Assembly (NCBI GenBank): GCA_010093745.1
Contig: MU005978.1
Span: forward strand, 62,001-126,000
Reading direction: 5' to 3'
DNA length: 64,000 bases
DNA from: Piedraia hortae CBS 480.64
Lineage: Eukaryota
Position 1 is the stretch's first letter. Every line of letters begins with the position of its first letter. Below, one piece after another: positions 44,799-54,366 of the stretch. A program made the position numbers and the translations under genes. Below the pieces are notes generated by a model. That model had not been told where the DNA came from and did no database searches. It saw only the letters and a list, made by a program, of their open reading frames with translations.

Positions 44799-47700
44799 CT
44801 ACTCCCCATCCAAACCCCTCTCAACCGCCCAGATCCACGCACATCTATCCCCCTCATCTTTACTCCCAAGACACCAAGCCGTATTCTCTCCATAAATCAC
44901 CCAAAGTCTAACGCGACTCTTCTCGGGGAGCAGCCTCCCCAGTTCCGGTTCAGAATCAATACTCTTGATCGCCGAAAGGCCAATCGCATGGACCTCCTCG
45001 CCGGAAACGAGAGAATAGAAATGCAAGTACGGAGGGCGGAGTTCGGTGTAGAACTTAAGGAATTTGCCGAGGGGGATTGGAGTTCCTGCTGTTCCTGCGG
45101 GTCTGCTTTCGTCTGCGGACGGTGCCCGCGCTGCACTCGCTACTTCCGCCCCCGCCCTCCCAGTCCCTCCCCCTACCACCTCAGTATTGGGTTGTAAGAG
45201 AAGTAACACCCCCGCCTTAAGCACCTCCTTCCCCTTTTCCACCCTCTTCACAAGCACGTGGGACGTATGCCCCCTCATCACGCCGTGCGAAGCATGCCTA
45301 CAACTCCTCCACAACGAAATACACTTTCTGAGTACCTCCTCCTCCCCCTCCTCCTCACCGGAAGCGGTTCCTTCAACCTCCCCCCAAACCTCCCTCATCT
45401 TCGCTACGTCCGCTCGTTTGATTAACTGTTGACGCTGCGCGCGGTAATCGGAGATGAGGGAGGTCCCTCTCGGTGCCCATCCGTTTAGGGAGACTTTATC
45501 CTCGTCTTCGAGGGAGAGAGTGTACCGCGCTATAGTTGTTGTGCGGCGCGGTTTGGGGTCTGAGAAGAGGAGGTCGGTGAAGGATTTTGTGCTCGTGCGG
45601 GGGAGGATTTGGGTTTCTAGGGGGAGGGAGAATTTTGTGCGGTGGGGGGTCTGGTTGGAGGGTGTGGAGGGATGCTCCGCGAACGGTGAGCATGGTGAAT
45701 GTCCATTAGGTGGATACACGTCTGCCTCCCAGGAGAGGGTCAGGCCGATTACTCGCCCGGAAAAGCGGTCGAGGAGGGGGGAGGCATGCGCTGCTGAGTC
45801 CCATTGTGCGGTCAGTTTGACGGAGGTTTCCCCAAAGGGGGTTTGGCGGTACACGGGGGGCGTGACTAGCGGGAGATCGACGAGGTCTTTGGTTGGGATG
45901 CAGTTGCTAGCGTCGTCGGAGAGAGTTATTTCTCCGATGCGCAGGCGGCGGACGCTGGTGAGGTCGATGGATTCCCCGGACAAGGAGAGCATGATTCTTC
46001 GCTGCAGACCTTGGCGGAGGGAGTGGACTCCACGGATGGCTTCGACGGGTGTGTAGGCGCCGGATTCGTCGATTTCGAGGATGCGGACTGTGGTGAAGAT
46101 GTGGGATTGTGTCGGAGGGATGGCTGATTCGGATGTGGGTGTAGATGAATCGCGCATGTCGTCCCAGGAGAGGAGCATGTCAAGGTGGGTAGAGGATATT
46201 TTCGCAAAGAGAGCGATTTGCAGGTTCCCTTCTGTATCATTGGATGGGATATTTTGCGATGTTCCATTGAGGAGATCATCTTGACCCAGGCTGAGGCTTT
46301 GGGAGTGAACACTGCCAAAGAGAACCTCGTTTTCGCCAAATCCTTCAACAAGGCTAGTGGCTGATCTCCCCTCGCGGCCGGTGAGAGTCAGTTGCGCGTG
46401 GACGTGTGTTCCATCGCGCTCCTGCCAGCCTTTGAGAGAGTGCATGATTACATTGAACCTTAGCGTTTCTTTGCCTGCTTCCACCGAAGATGGCTCAATA
46501 CCAAGACGCAAGAGGCCGATGGGCTGGAAGGTGTAGGGTGAGTAAGCCTCCAATACGAAATCCTGGACTTTGCAAGAGAGGATGGAAGTAAGTGGCAGCG
46601 TAGCGAGGCCAATGAGCGAGTATTGTTGTTCCCCGCCGATACCGGCGAGGCTGAGGTGTTTCCTTGACTCGGGGCTGCAAGATGCTAGGGTACGAAGCTG
46701 TGCAAGGCGTGTGTGGAGCTGTTGTAATGAGAGAATAGAAATGGTATTTGATCCAAAATCAAGGACGCGAATTGCAATGGAAGGCCCTGCCGTCTCGACC
46801 GGGGCATCGTCATCCAATAACGACTGTTGTGCAAGGTCGTAGAGCGATATCGCAGGGGAACCGTCAACTACGGTAAACTGGTACACAACTCCAAGACCAA
46901 GCTGCTGGGAAAGCATTTGTGCTTCCTTCAAGGCCGATCTGTTTTCCATAAGGGCATTTGCCATGGCCGTCCAACACATCTGGTCTTTCCACCGCCTCAG
47001 AGCCCACTTTGCACGACGCATCTCGACCTCCAGAAGTCCACTCTTGGCCAGAGTGGCCAGCTTCCTTTCGAACTGCTCCTTTTGCGTCTTCATCTTCTTC
47101 TCCATTTCCTTCAAAGACGCGGTCAATTTAACAACTTCCTCCTCTGGTTGGCTCTCCAAAGACATTACATCCGATCCAAATTCCAGAATGCGACTTTCAG
47201 GTCTCTTCTTCCTAGAGTCCCTTACACGTTGAAGATCATCAAAGAGGACTTCCAATTCTTCATCTCGGAGCTGCTCAAAATCTCGCTCATTCCCCAGGAG
47301 GTTACTTACCGCCTCTCTGCGCGCAAAAGCCCAATCTTCGCCCTGATTTCTACAAGGCGCCGGGGACGGAGAAGGAGAAGGAGTGTCGATGCTGCCGTCA
47401 GTGTATGAGCGGCGATGTTCAAGGGCGTATCTAAGCATCGAGGCGGAGCCGTGTTCCCTTTCCTCCCTAGCTTCCTGTGGATGATTGAACCTGAAGATGT
47501 GAAAGTCTCCTAGTATGACTCTGTATCCCGATCTTAGCCTCTTAGGTTCATTGATGCGGACACCATTAACCATGACCGCTGCTCCTTCTTGGGGGATGAC
47601 GGTGACGACGCCATCAGAGTTCTCAAAAGAGCAGTGATCTAGCAGTACTTTGGAGCCATTCAGTCGTATGTCCACACTGGTACCTCCGTTGCCGACCTTT

Positions 47701-49175
47701 GTTGTTCCGGGCTTGAGATTATACACCAAACACTCCGCCAGCAGAGGATCATCCGAGAGGTTGACTAGATGCGGCATCTTCTTGGGAGTGCTCATGCCAA
47801 CGAAGCCTTTCTCGATAGAAATACCCAAGTCTTCGAGCGCTTGCTCACGCTCTTTGTGGATTTCCTCGGTGCGCTTCATCTTTTGCTCCCATGTTTGGTT
47901 CAGATCGCTGTACAGCTTCTCAGACTGCGAGAGTTGTTCTTGGATCTCGGATTTGGAGACTTTCTTGACCGTGCCGTCGGGCAGACTGAAGGAAACTATT
48001 TGCTGATCAAGAGGTGTGTCTGGACCATACTGCTCCACAGAACCAGAAGCGAGTTTCGAGCGGAGTTGGGCAAGCTCTTCTTTTAGTTCACGAATCATAC
48101 GTGCATTGGGGTCTTCATTGACAACAGCGTGATTCTTGATTCTCTTAGCGGAATCGGCATAACGCAGAGTGGAAAGAGTTTCCTCGTAGTTGATATCTGC
48201 TGGTGATATTGCGGCAATCATTGCAGTCAGGCTGTTTCCTCCCAAAGAGTCTTTTAGCAGCCAGGTGAGAACAGAGTCTCGATACGGAACCTGAAGAGAC
48301 TTTTTGCTTTTTCCGGTAGACATGTCAGATAAAGCAGCGATAACACGGCCCAGAGTTGACAAGGATCGATTGATTTCGGCTCCTTCTTTCAGCCTCGCAC
48401 CAGTTGCTCCAGTGGAAGTAGCCCTTTCCGAGCCCGCCAGATCGACGAGGGAAATTTTGGCAACCTTTTCGGTATCCATGTTAGTCTCGACGTCGTGTCT
48501 CTTCTGGGTCAACGTCAGGGTAAAAACAGCATGGGACCGTGAAGAAGTCTCGTTCATGTTCGTTGCCGCCACCGTTCTAGCCTTGTTTCCCTCATCCATT
48601 AGATGTTCGATTTCCACAAAACTCCGAACCAGCAGCTTTGCCAAATCCTCCACATACGGTCCTGTACTTGGGTGTTCTCTAACCCTCAAGTTTCCTTTTG
48701 TTGTTGGGTTCAGTAGATCTCTCACTTTCTCATTGTAAATTTCCAGATACGAGACCTCAACTGTGCAGCTAAGGTTCTTGTCCTTTGCCATATCCTCTAT
48801 CCTCTCAAACATGCTCCGACAAATGCGCGGGATAACGCCTTCTTCGTCCCCGTAGCCCATCATGCTGTAGCTCTTCCCCGAGCCCGTTTGGCCATATGCA
48901 AAGATGCAGTTGTTGTAGCCTTGGAAGGCATTATCCAGCAGGGGCTTGCCGAGATCGCGGAAGAGACTGTCCTGACCGGCATAGTGGCTGTCCAGACGGT
49001 TGAAGCTCCAGTAGGACTTGTCAAAAGTAAAGCTTTTGGACTTTGAAGTGTCTGGTGGTCTAAGGAGGGTCTGGTTGTCCATCATGGAGATGATGCAGGT
49101 GGCCTTGCGGTCTTTTTCGCGGTTATTGAACGGCCGCACCCGCACGACAACCTTGATATTGCCGGGACTCGCCAT
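44799..49175 (-). CDS. Kinesin-3 (Unc-104/KIF1A-like) motor, 1458 aa
   Basis: NIKVVVRVRPF, P-loop GQTGSGKS, SSRSH, DLAGSE, family motif PHLVNLSDDPLLAECLVY, FHA (GYRVILGDFHIFRFNHP) and a divergent C-terminal PH-like region. Confidence 0.95.
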   Translation of the reverse strand: MASPGNIKVVVRVRPFNNREKDRKATCIISMMDNQTLLRPPDTSKSKSFTFDKSYWSFNRLDSHYAGQDSLFRDLGKPLLDNAFQGYNNCIFAYGQTGSGKSYSMMGYGDEEGVIPRICRSMFERIEDMAKDKNLSCTVEVSYLEIYNEKVRDLLNPTTKGNLRVREHPSTGPYVEDLAKLLVRSFVEIEHLMDEGNKARTVAATNMNETSSRSHAVFTLTLTQKRHDVETNMDTEKVAKISLVDLAGSERATSTGATGARLKEGAEINRSLSTLGRVIAALSDMSTGKSKKSLQVPYRDSVLTWLLKDSLGGNSLTAMIAAISPADINYEETLSTLRYADSAKRIKNHAVVNEDPNARMIRELKEELAQLRSKLASGSVEQYGPDTPLDQQIVSFSLPDGTVKKVSKSEIQEQLSQSEKLYSDLNQTWEQKMKRTEEIHKEREQALEDLGISIEKGFVGMSTPKKMPHLVNLSDDPLLAECLVYNLKPGTTKVGNGGTSVDIRLNGSKVLLDHCSFENSDGVVTVIPQEGAAVMVNGVRINEPKRLRSGYRVILGDFHIFRFNHPQEAREEREHGSASMLRYALEHRRSYTDGSIDTPSPSPSPAPCRNQGEDWAFARREAVSNLLGNERDFEQLRDEELEVLFDDLQRVRDSRKKRPESRILEFGSDVMSLESQPEEEVVKLTASLKEMEKKMKTQKEQFERKLATLAKSGLLEVEMRRAKWALRRWKDQMCWTAMANALMENRSALKEAQMLSQQLGLGVVYQFTVVDGSPAISLYDLAQQSLLDDDAPVETAGPSIAIRVLDFGSNTISILSLQQLHTRLAQLRTLASCSPESRKHLSLAGIGGEQQYSLIGLATLPLTSILSCKVQDFVLEAYSPYTFQPIGLLRLGIEPSSVEAGKETLRFNVIMHSLKGWQERDGTHVHAQLTLTGREGRSATSLVEGFGENEVLFGSVHSQSLSLGQDDLLNGTSQNIPSNDTEGNLQIALFAKISSTHLDMLLSWDDMRDSSTPTSESAIPPTQSHIFTTVRILEIDESGAYTPVEAIRGVHSLRQGLQRRIMLSLSGESIDLTSVRRLRIGEITLSDDASNCIPTKDLVDLPLVTPPVYRQTPFGETSVKLTAQWDSAAHASPLLDRFSGRVIGLTLSWEADVYPPNGHSPCSPFAEHPSTPSNQTPHRTKFSLPLETQILPRTSTKSFTDLLFSDPKPRRTTTIARYTLSLEDEDKVSLNGWAPRGTSLISDYRAQRQQLIKRADVAKMREVWGEVEGTASGEEEGEEEVLRKCISLWRSCRHASHGVMRGHTSHVLVKRVEKGKEVLKAGVLLLLQPNTEVVGGGTGRAGAEVASAARAPSADESRPAGTAGTPIPLGKFLKFYTELRPPYLHFYSLVSGEEVHAIGLSAIKSIDSEPELGRLLPEKSRVRLWVIYGENTAWCLGSKDEGDRCAWIWAVERGLDGE

Positions 49176-49235
49176 CTTGAAGAGCGTCGGCGTTCTGCTG
49201 TGTCGTTCATGTGTCGTTCATCTGATCTACCGGGG

Positions 49236-49292
49236 TGTGACAATGTGAGCATTGTGATTGTGACGTTGTGACGTGACAAGTGACATTGTGAC
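49236..49292. promoter_or_regulatory. Array of eight GTGA(C) motifs in the kinesin-3/TRM5 divergent promoter
   Basis: TGTGAC four times, plus TGTGAG, TGTGAT, CGTGAC and AGTGAC, within 57 bp. Confidence 0.5.
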
Positions 49293-49328
49293 ATCGAGAG
49301 AGCCTAACCTGCCCAAACACAGCAGATA

Positions 49329-50600
49329 ATGGCCGATATGTTTCGTGCGCCTCTCCACCGCGGTATGCGCACTCTAGATCGGACGAAGTTTTCCAAATGC
49401 GTTCCAATAAGGGCCGCCCGCGTATTCGACAGCAAAAATATTTCCAGCATACGAAGCGAGCTGCAAAAAAGTCAAGACGCTCTGCGTCTCGAGCGAATAG
49501 GTTCAGTTTATTCCGACCCTGACCCGAAACTTGCCCGGCTGGGAAGAAAATGCATCTTGCTGAAGCCAGACCATCACTCGCCCACCGTTACCGAATTGGC
49601 CCAAAAGGAACTCATCTCTGTGATACCCTACGACCTACAGCTTGACTACTCTCACTGGACATACCACGACATCTTAACTTCTCTCCTCCCAGAAGTCGAT
49701 CAAGAAGAGATTCCCAGCGGCTTCAGCCAGGTCGGGCATGTGGCTCACCTCAATATTCGGGATCAGTACCTGCCATACAAGCACATCATTGCCGAGGTGC
49801 TGATGGATAAGAACCCAGCCGTCAGCACGGTGATTAACAAGATTGACGACGTGGGCGAGGAGAGCGAATACCGCACCTTTCGCTACGAGGTGCTCGCGGG
49901 TGCTGACGACATGAACGTCAAGCTGTCAGAAGAAAACTGCGTGTTTGAGTTCGACTACAGCAAGGTCTACTGGAATTCGCGGCTGCATACTGAACATGCA
50001 AGGATGGTCAGCTTTTTCCAGGAAGGGGAGGCCGTCTGCGATGTCATGGCAGGCATTGGGCCGTTTGCAGTGCCAGCTGGGAAGAAAAAAGTGTTTGTCT
50101 GGGCAAACGATCTCAACCCGGACAGCTTCAAGTACCTAAAACAGGCAATCAGAAGGAACAAAGTAACTGATTTCGTACGACCATTTAACGATGACGGGAG
50201 GAATTTCATCAAAACGGCAGCGCAACAGCTGGCAAGCGAAGAGAGGACGGTGGAAGTCAAGAACAAAAAAGGTCAGGTCACCAGGAAGTTGACGCAGCCA
50301 AGGACGTTTCAGCACTATGTTCTAAACTTGCCGGCGTCGGCATTGACGTTTCTGTCGTCATTTGTGGGTTTAAAGCAGCAGCCGTTGATACATGTCTATT
50401 GCTTTAACACAAAGAGTGATGACAATGTAGAGGAGGGCATCAAGATCTGTGATGAAATCAGTAGCCAGCTGAGACACGAGATGAAACCTGGCAAAGTAGA
50501 GGAGGGAGGGGTCGAAATTCACGACGTGAGGGATGTGGCCCCGAAGAAGCGCATGTTTTGTGCCAGCTTTCGGCTGCCGCATGAGGTTGCCTTCGGATAG
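49329..50600 (+). CDS. TRM5: tRNA (guanine37-N1)-methyltransferase Trm5
   Basis: GHVAHLNIR, FDYSKVYWNSRLHTEH, SAM-binding DVMAGIGPF, ANDLNP, VRDVAPKKRMFCASF. Confidence 0.95.
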   Translation: MADMFRAPLHRGMRTLDRTKFSKCVPIRAARVFDSKNISSIRSELQKSQDALRLERIGSVYSDPDPKLARLGRKCILLKPDHHSPTVTELAQKELISVIPYDLQLDYSHWTYHDILTSLLPEVDQEEIPSGFSQVGHVAHLNIRDQYLPYKHIIAEVLMDKNPAVSTVINKIDDVGEESEYRTFRYEVLAGADDMNVKLSEENCVFEFDYSKVYWNSRLHTEHARMVSFFQEGEAVCDVMAGIGPFAVPAGKKKVFVWANDLNPDSFKYLKQAIRRNKVTDFVRPFNDDGRNFIKTAAQQLASEERTVEVKNKKGQVTRKLTQPRTFQHYVLNLPASALTFLSSFVGLKQQPLIHVYCFNTKSDDNVEEGIKICDEISSQLRHEMKPGKVEEGGVEIHDVRDVAPKKRMFCASFRLPHEVAFG

Positions 50601-50643
50601 AAGATGAAGTCATCCCGTTACGTACTAATGCACGCCCCAGCCA

Positions 50644-52796
50644 ATGAGCGTGTCGGAAGGCCCTGGCGTGACATCATCGGCACACCTTCCCGTTGCAGCT
50701 GTTCCACCTTCCACCCCGCAGGTAAACAGAACGCGACGAACTGAACCAACATTGTCAAAGATGCCGCCCACCGGACGCAAAACGACGCGTACACGCAGGC
50801 AGTCGTCAAACTCGCGACCGGTTACGCCCGAGAGCACCGCAACGCCGCAGCGCAGACCGCGGAAGCGGCAGCGGCCGAACGAACCAACGCAGAGGTCGAC
50901 CAGGCGGAAGCGCAAAGCCTCGCAAGACCTGGAGCGGCCTGGACCGGACGATGTCAGCGATGCGGAGACGGAAACAGCGATGCCGTCAGAGACGGAAATT
51001 CTCCAACGGCTGCACGTGTCCGACGTTCCCGTCAATGCGACGACCGACTTTGCCAACGGCCTGCTGGAGGGTAAGGACCACGTGCCTGGCTATGGCAAAA
51101 TCGCCGGCCGCGGCTGGACGTTTATCATACGTGAGCTGCAGGTCACCATCGGACGTCTTCAGGCCCTCGTCGAGTCAGCGGGAACAGAATCACCGGGCGG
51201 ACAGACAACTATGACGTCGATCAACATCGATCTGGGGCCGGATAAACAAGTGTCGCGGGAACATGCCACCATCTGCTACAGTGCCGAGGCCAGGAAATGG
51301 TTCATCATCGTCAAGGGACGAAACGGCGTGCGGGTCGACAACCACTTTCTCAAACGTGGCGCCAAGATGTACCTGCGGAACGGTTCGGTGTTTGAGATTG
51401 CCAAGACGCAGATGGCATTTATCATCATGGACAGCGAAGGCCCGGTTTGGGACGATGCTGTGATACGCCAAACGCTGAAGTCCTCGTCATCGGCTGATGA
51501 AGACGATGAGGAGCCGCAGAATCCGCCGCAAGAAACGCCGTCCCGCGCCCACCAGCAGCAGGGTCACACGTTCATCCGGACATCTCCGTCGGGAAACCAC
51601 CGGGGAAGCCTCATGGATTCGGCCGAGTCCATCGACTACTCTGCCGATAGCGCTCGGGACCTGAAGCCGCCGCATTCCTACGCCCAACTAATCGGCATGG
51701 CCATTCTCAGCACCCCCGACCAGCAGATGGCCCTGTCCAACATCTACCGTTGGATAAAAGCCAACTATGCATTCTACCGGCACAATACGAGCGCATGGCA
51801 GAACAGCATTCGCCACAACCTCAGCCTCAACAAGGCTTTTACCAAGATCGCTCGCCGCACCGATGAGCCCGGAAAGGGCATGAAGTGGATGATTGAGCCG
51901 TCTGAATTCGACACCTTTGTCCAGCAAGGAATGAAAGGCTGCAGACGCCCCACCACCGCTGTCGTGGGCAGCAGTCCAATCCGCAGCCCCATCCGCAGCG
52001 GCTACAGTGATCAAACGCCCAGCAAACCTACGTTTTCTTTGTCGTCGGAGTCTTTTACTCCCGGTCGCGGCCCAACTGTAACTGTCACATCTGCACGTCG
52101 CCAGACGGTGCCCTCAACAAGCGTTGGCCTTGGCATTAGTAGCGACCGCGACTTCCTGCGAGGAACTCCCAGCAAAGCGCTATATTCCCCTCCAGCCGTG
52201 CAAGATTACCATGGTGGGCCGCTGGGCACGCCGTTCCCGATGCGGCCCTCACAGCGTCTACCGCCGCCGAGCACGCTGAAGCGTCCCAGCGATTTCATCC
52301 AGTTTTCATCTCCTGCCCCGTTCTGGAAAATGGACGGTCTCGCAGGCACCATGTTTGACTCGTCCCCTGTGAAGTCCCGCATGCAGGTCGAGAGGAGCTC
52401 TTCGCCCCCGGCGCCACACAGTGGAAATCTTGATGGGAGCCCGCTAGGAAGAAAACACGCTCCTTCCTCGAGTGTGCCACTGCAGTCGCCTGTGGGGCAG
52501 GGGTCACAGGCGGCTTCGGCTCAGACTCCCGCCCCGGATGCAGCACAGAGTACCGTCCAGCCTTCCGCCCCCCAACCTCAACCACAGCCACAGTCACAGC
52601 CACAGTCACAGTCACAGTCACAGATACACCCGCATTCTACAATTTCCCCGACAGGGCCGAAAGACGATCATATCCCAGCCATTAGTATTCCAAGACTCAT
52701 CACTCCGCCGCCGTCTAAGAGACATGCTCCCACCGACGACGACGATGATGATGAGGAGGAGGGAATTGATCTGGCAAAGTAGGTTTTTTTCACTCT

Positions 52797-52842
<46 letters not shown>

Positions 52843-52949
52843 CTTTTTTTGAGTGCGAGTGATGTTTAACGGTGTGCTAACGATCTGATAGGGGATTCCC
52901 GTCCATCAGCGCGTTTCATCAAAGAGGGGAAATTATGAGTCGGCATTGA
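50644..52949 (+). CDS. FHA plus forkhead transcription factor (Fkh1/Fkh2-like)
   Basis: join(50644..52778,52892..52949); the start may instead be 50761. FHA (IDLGPDKQVSREHA, GRNG), forkhead KPPHSYAQLIGMAI...WQNSIRHNLSLNKAF, spliced tail GIDLAK^GFPSISAFH. The intron contains a long poly-T. Confidence 0.9.
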
Positions 52950-53373
52950 TTATATACAGTAGGCTGCTATCCATGTGGTTATGATCATTGTTCGTGACTG
53001 GGATTCGTCGATGATTGACGGTTGCGCCTTCCCCTTTCCATCGTTCCAAAACTTTCCATACATGTTGGTCTGATTAGAGTTTCACAATGCGGCGCGCGCT
53101 AAGTCAAAAAGGGGCTTGACCCTTCGCGTGGCATCCCTGTCACCACGCCACGTGAGTGACGGATGTCTTCCCCCCACCTTGAACGTTCACATTGCTTTCC
53201 TCCAAGCCAAGGGAGGTGAAGTTGATGGTCATTCACTGGGTGTCTCCAGCTCTACGGCCAAAATTAGCAGTAGCTGTCAAATGTCAATGATTTGCCTAAT
53301 TAAGCGAGCCTCGGAGCGGTCTCTGGCCCGTGAACAAGCAGAGTAGACGCCGTGCTGCCCGAATCGTTCAGAC

Positions 53374-54366
53374 ATGCACACAATGGCGGCCGTCGCACGT
53401 ACGTCGACGTCGTCGATCCCTGAGAATCTCGCAGTCGCTACGGTCCTGCCCAATGGCGGAACATTGCTGGACGGGTCGGAGGAGGAGCTTTGGGTCCACC
53501 GGGACAAGCTCCTGCGCATCGAGAGCGAGGAGATGCTGGCAGAAGACGGGGAGAGGGGGCGCAGCAGGAGTGCCGAGCGTCTACCCGCCCCGCAGCAGCA
53601 CCAGCGCGCGAAGCGCTCGACATCGTCCCGTATCCCCGTTTCCGTGGCCAAGCTGCCGGCCGAACGGGAACGGAGCGCAACGTTGCCGCTGAACAGTGCC
53701 CCGACCAGCGTCTCCAGCACCAGTCCAGTTACTTCGCGGCCGACAAGCTCTTCCAAGGCGAAGCTACCGTCCAAGCCTGGCCCCGCTTCCAAACGCAAGC
53801 AGCCGCACTCACGCGCCAGCTCCGCCTCAACCAGAGCCCGCACTCCGCGTCCGTTGTCCATAAATAGACCGGAAGGCGACGCCCCCTGGTTAGCCACCAT
53901 GTACAAGCCCGATCCCCGTCTTCCGCAGGATGAGCAGGTCATCCCCACCCATGCAAAGCGTCTCGAGATGGAGAGGCTGAAGCGTGAAGGCCATGAAGTG
54001 CCCGTACAGGATGATTTCCCCCCGTCCGCCTGGCCTCCTGAGCATGACAGCAATAAGACGAGCACCCCTCCACCCGAGCCGCCTAATATTGCTGAGCAAC
54101 CGTCCAAAAATCCCGTAGTAGCTGCATCAAGGAGCAATTCCGTATATTTTGCAGGCACGCCGCAAGGTTGGATCGAACCCCCTGGACCGGCTACGGGCAC
54201 GAACGCGCCTGGTTACAGAATCACCCCGTCAATCGCTCAGCAGGGTCAACAGTCTGCGGGGAGCCGTCCACCGGTAGCAGCGATCAGGACGATGGATCCG
54301 GAACAGGTTGATGAAAAGGAACCGAGAAGGGGCTTCAGAAGCAAGTGCTGTTGTGGTGTTATGTAA
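53374..54366 (+). CDS. TeaR/Mod5-like prenylated cell-end marker receptor (330 aa)
   Basis: WVHRDKLLRIESEE, NRPEGDAPWLATMYKPDPRLPQDEQVIPTHAKR and C-terminal CaaX (CCCGVM), resembling recalled TeaR proteins. Confidence 0.7.
   Translation: MHTMAAVARTSTSSIPENLAVATVLPNGGTLLDGSEEELWVHRDKLLRIESEEMLAEDGERGRSRSAERLPAPQQHQRAKRSTSSRIPVSVAKLPAERERSATLPLNSAPTSVSSTSPVTSRPTSSSKAKLPSKPGPASKRKQPHSRASSASTRARTPRPLSINRPEGDAPWLATMYKPDPRLPQDEQVIPTHAKRLEMERLKREGHEVPVQDDFPPSAWPPEHDSNKTSTPPPEPPNIAEQPSKNPVVAASRSNSVYFAGTPQGWIEPPGPATGTNAPGYRITPSIAQQGQQSAGSRPPVAAIRTMDPEQVDEKEPRRGFRSKCCCGVM

Noticed and set aside
52800..52850. Long poly-T as a retroposed poly(A) tail
   Set aside because: It lies inside the forkhead intron with no TSD or element body; a simple homopolymer, like 4589-4612.
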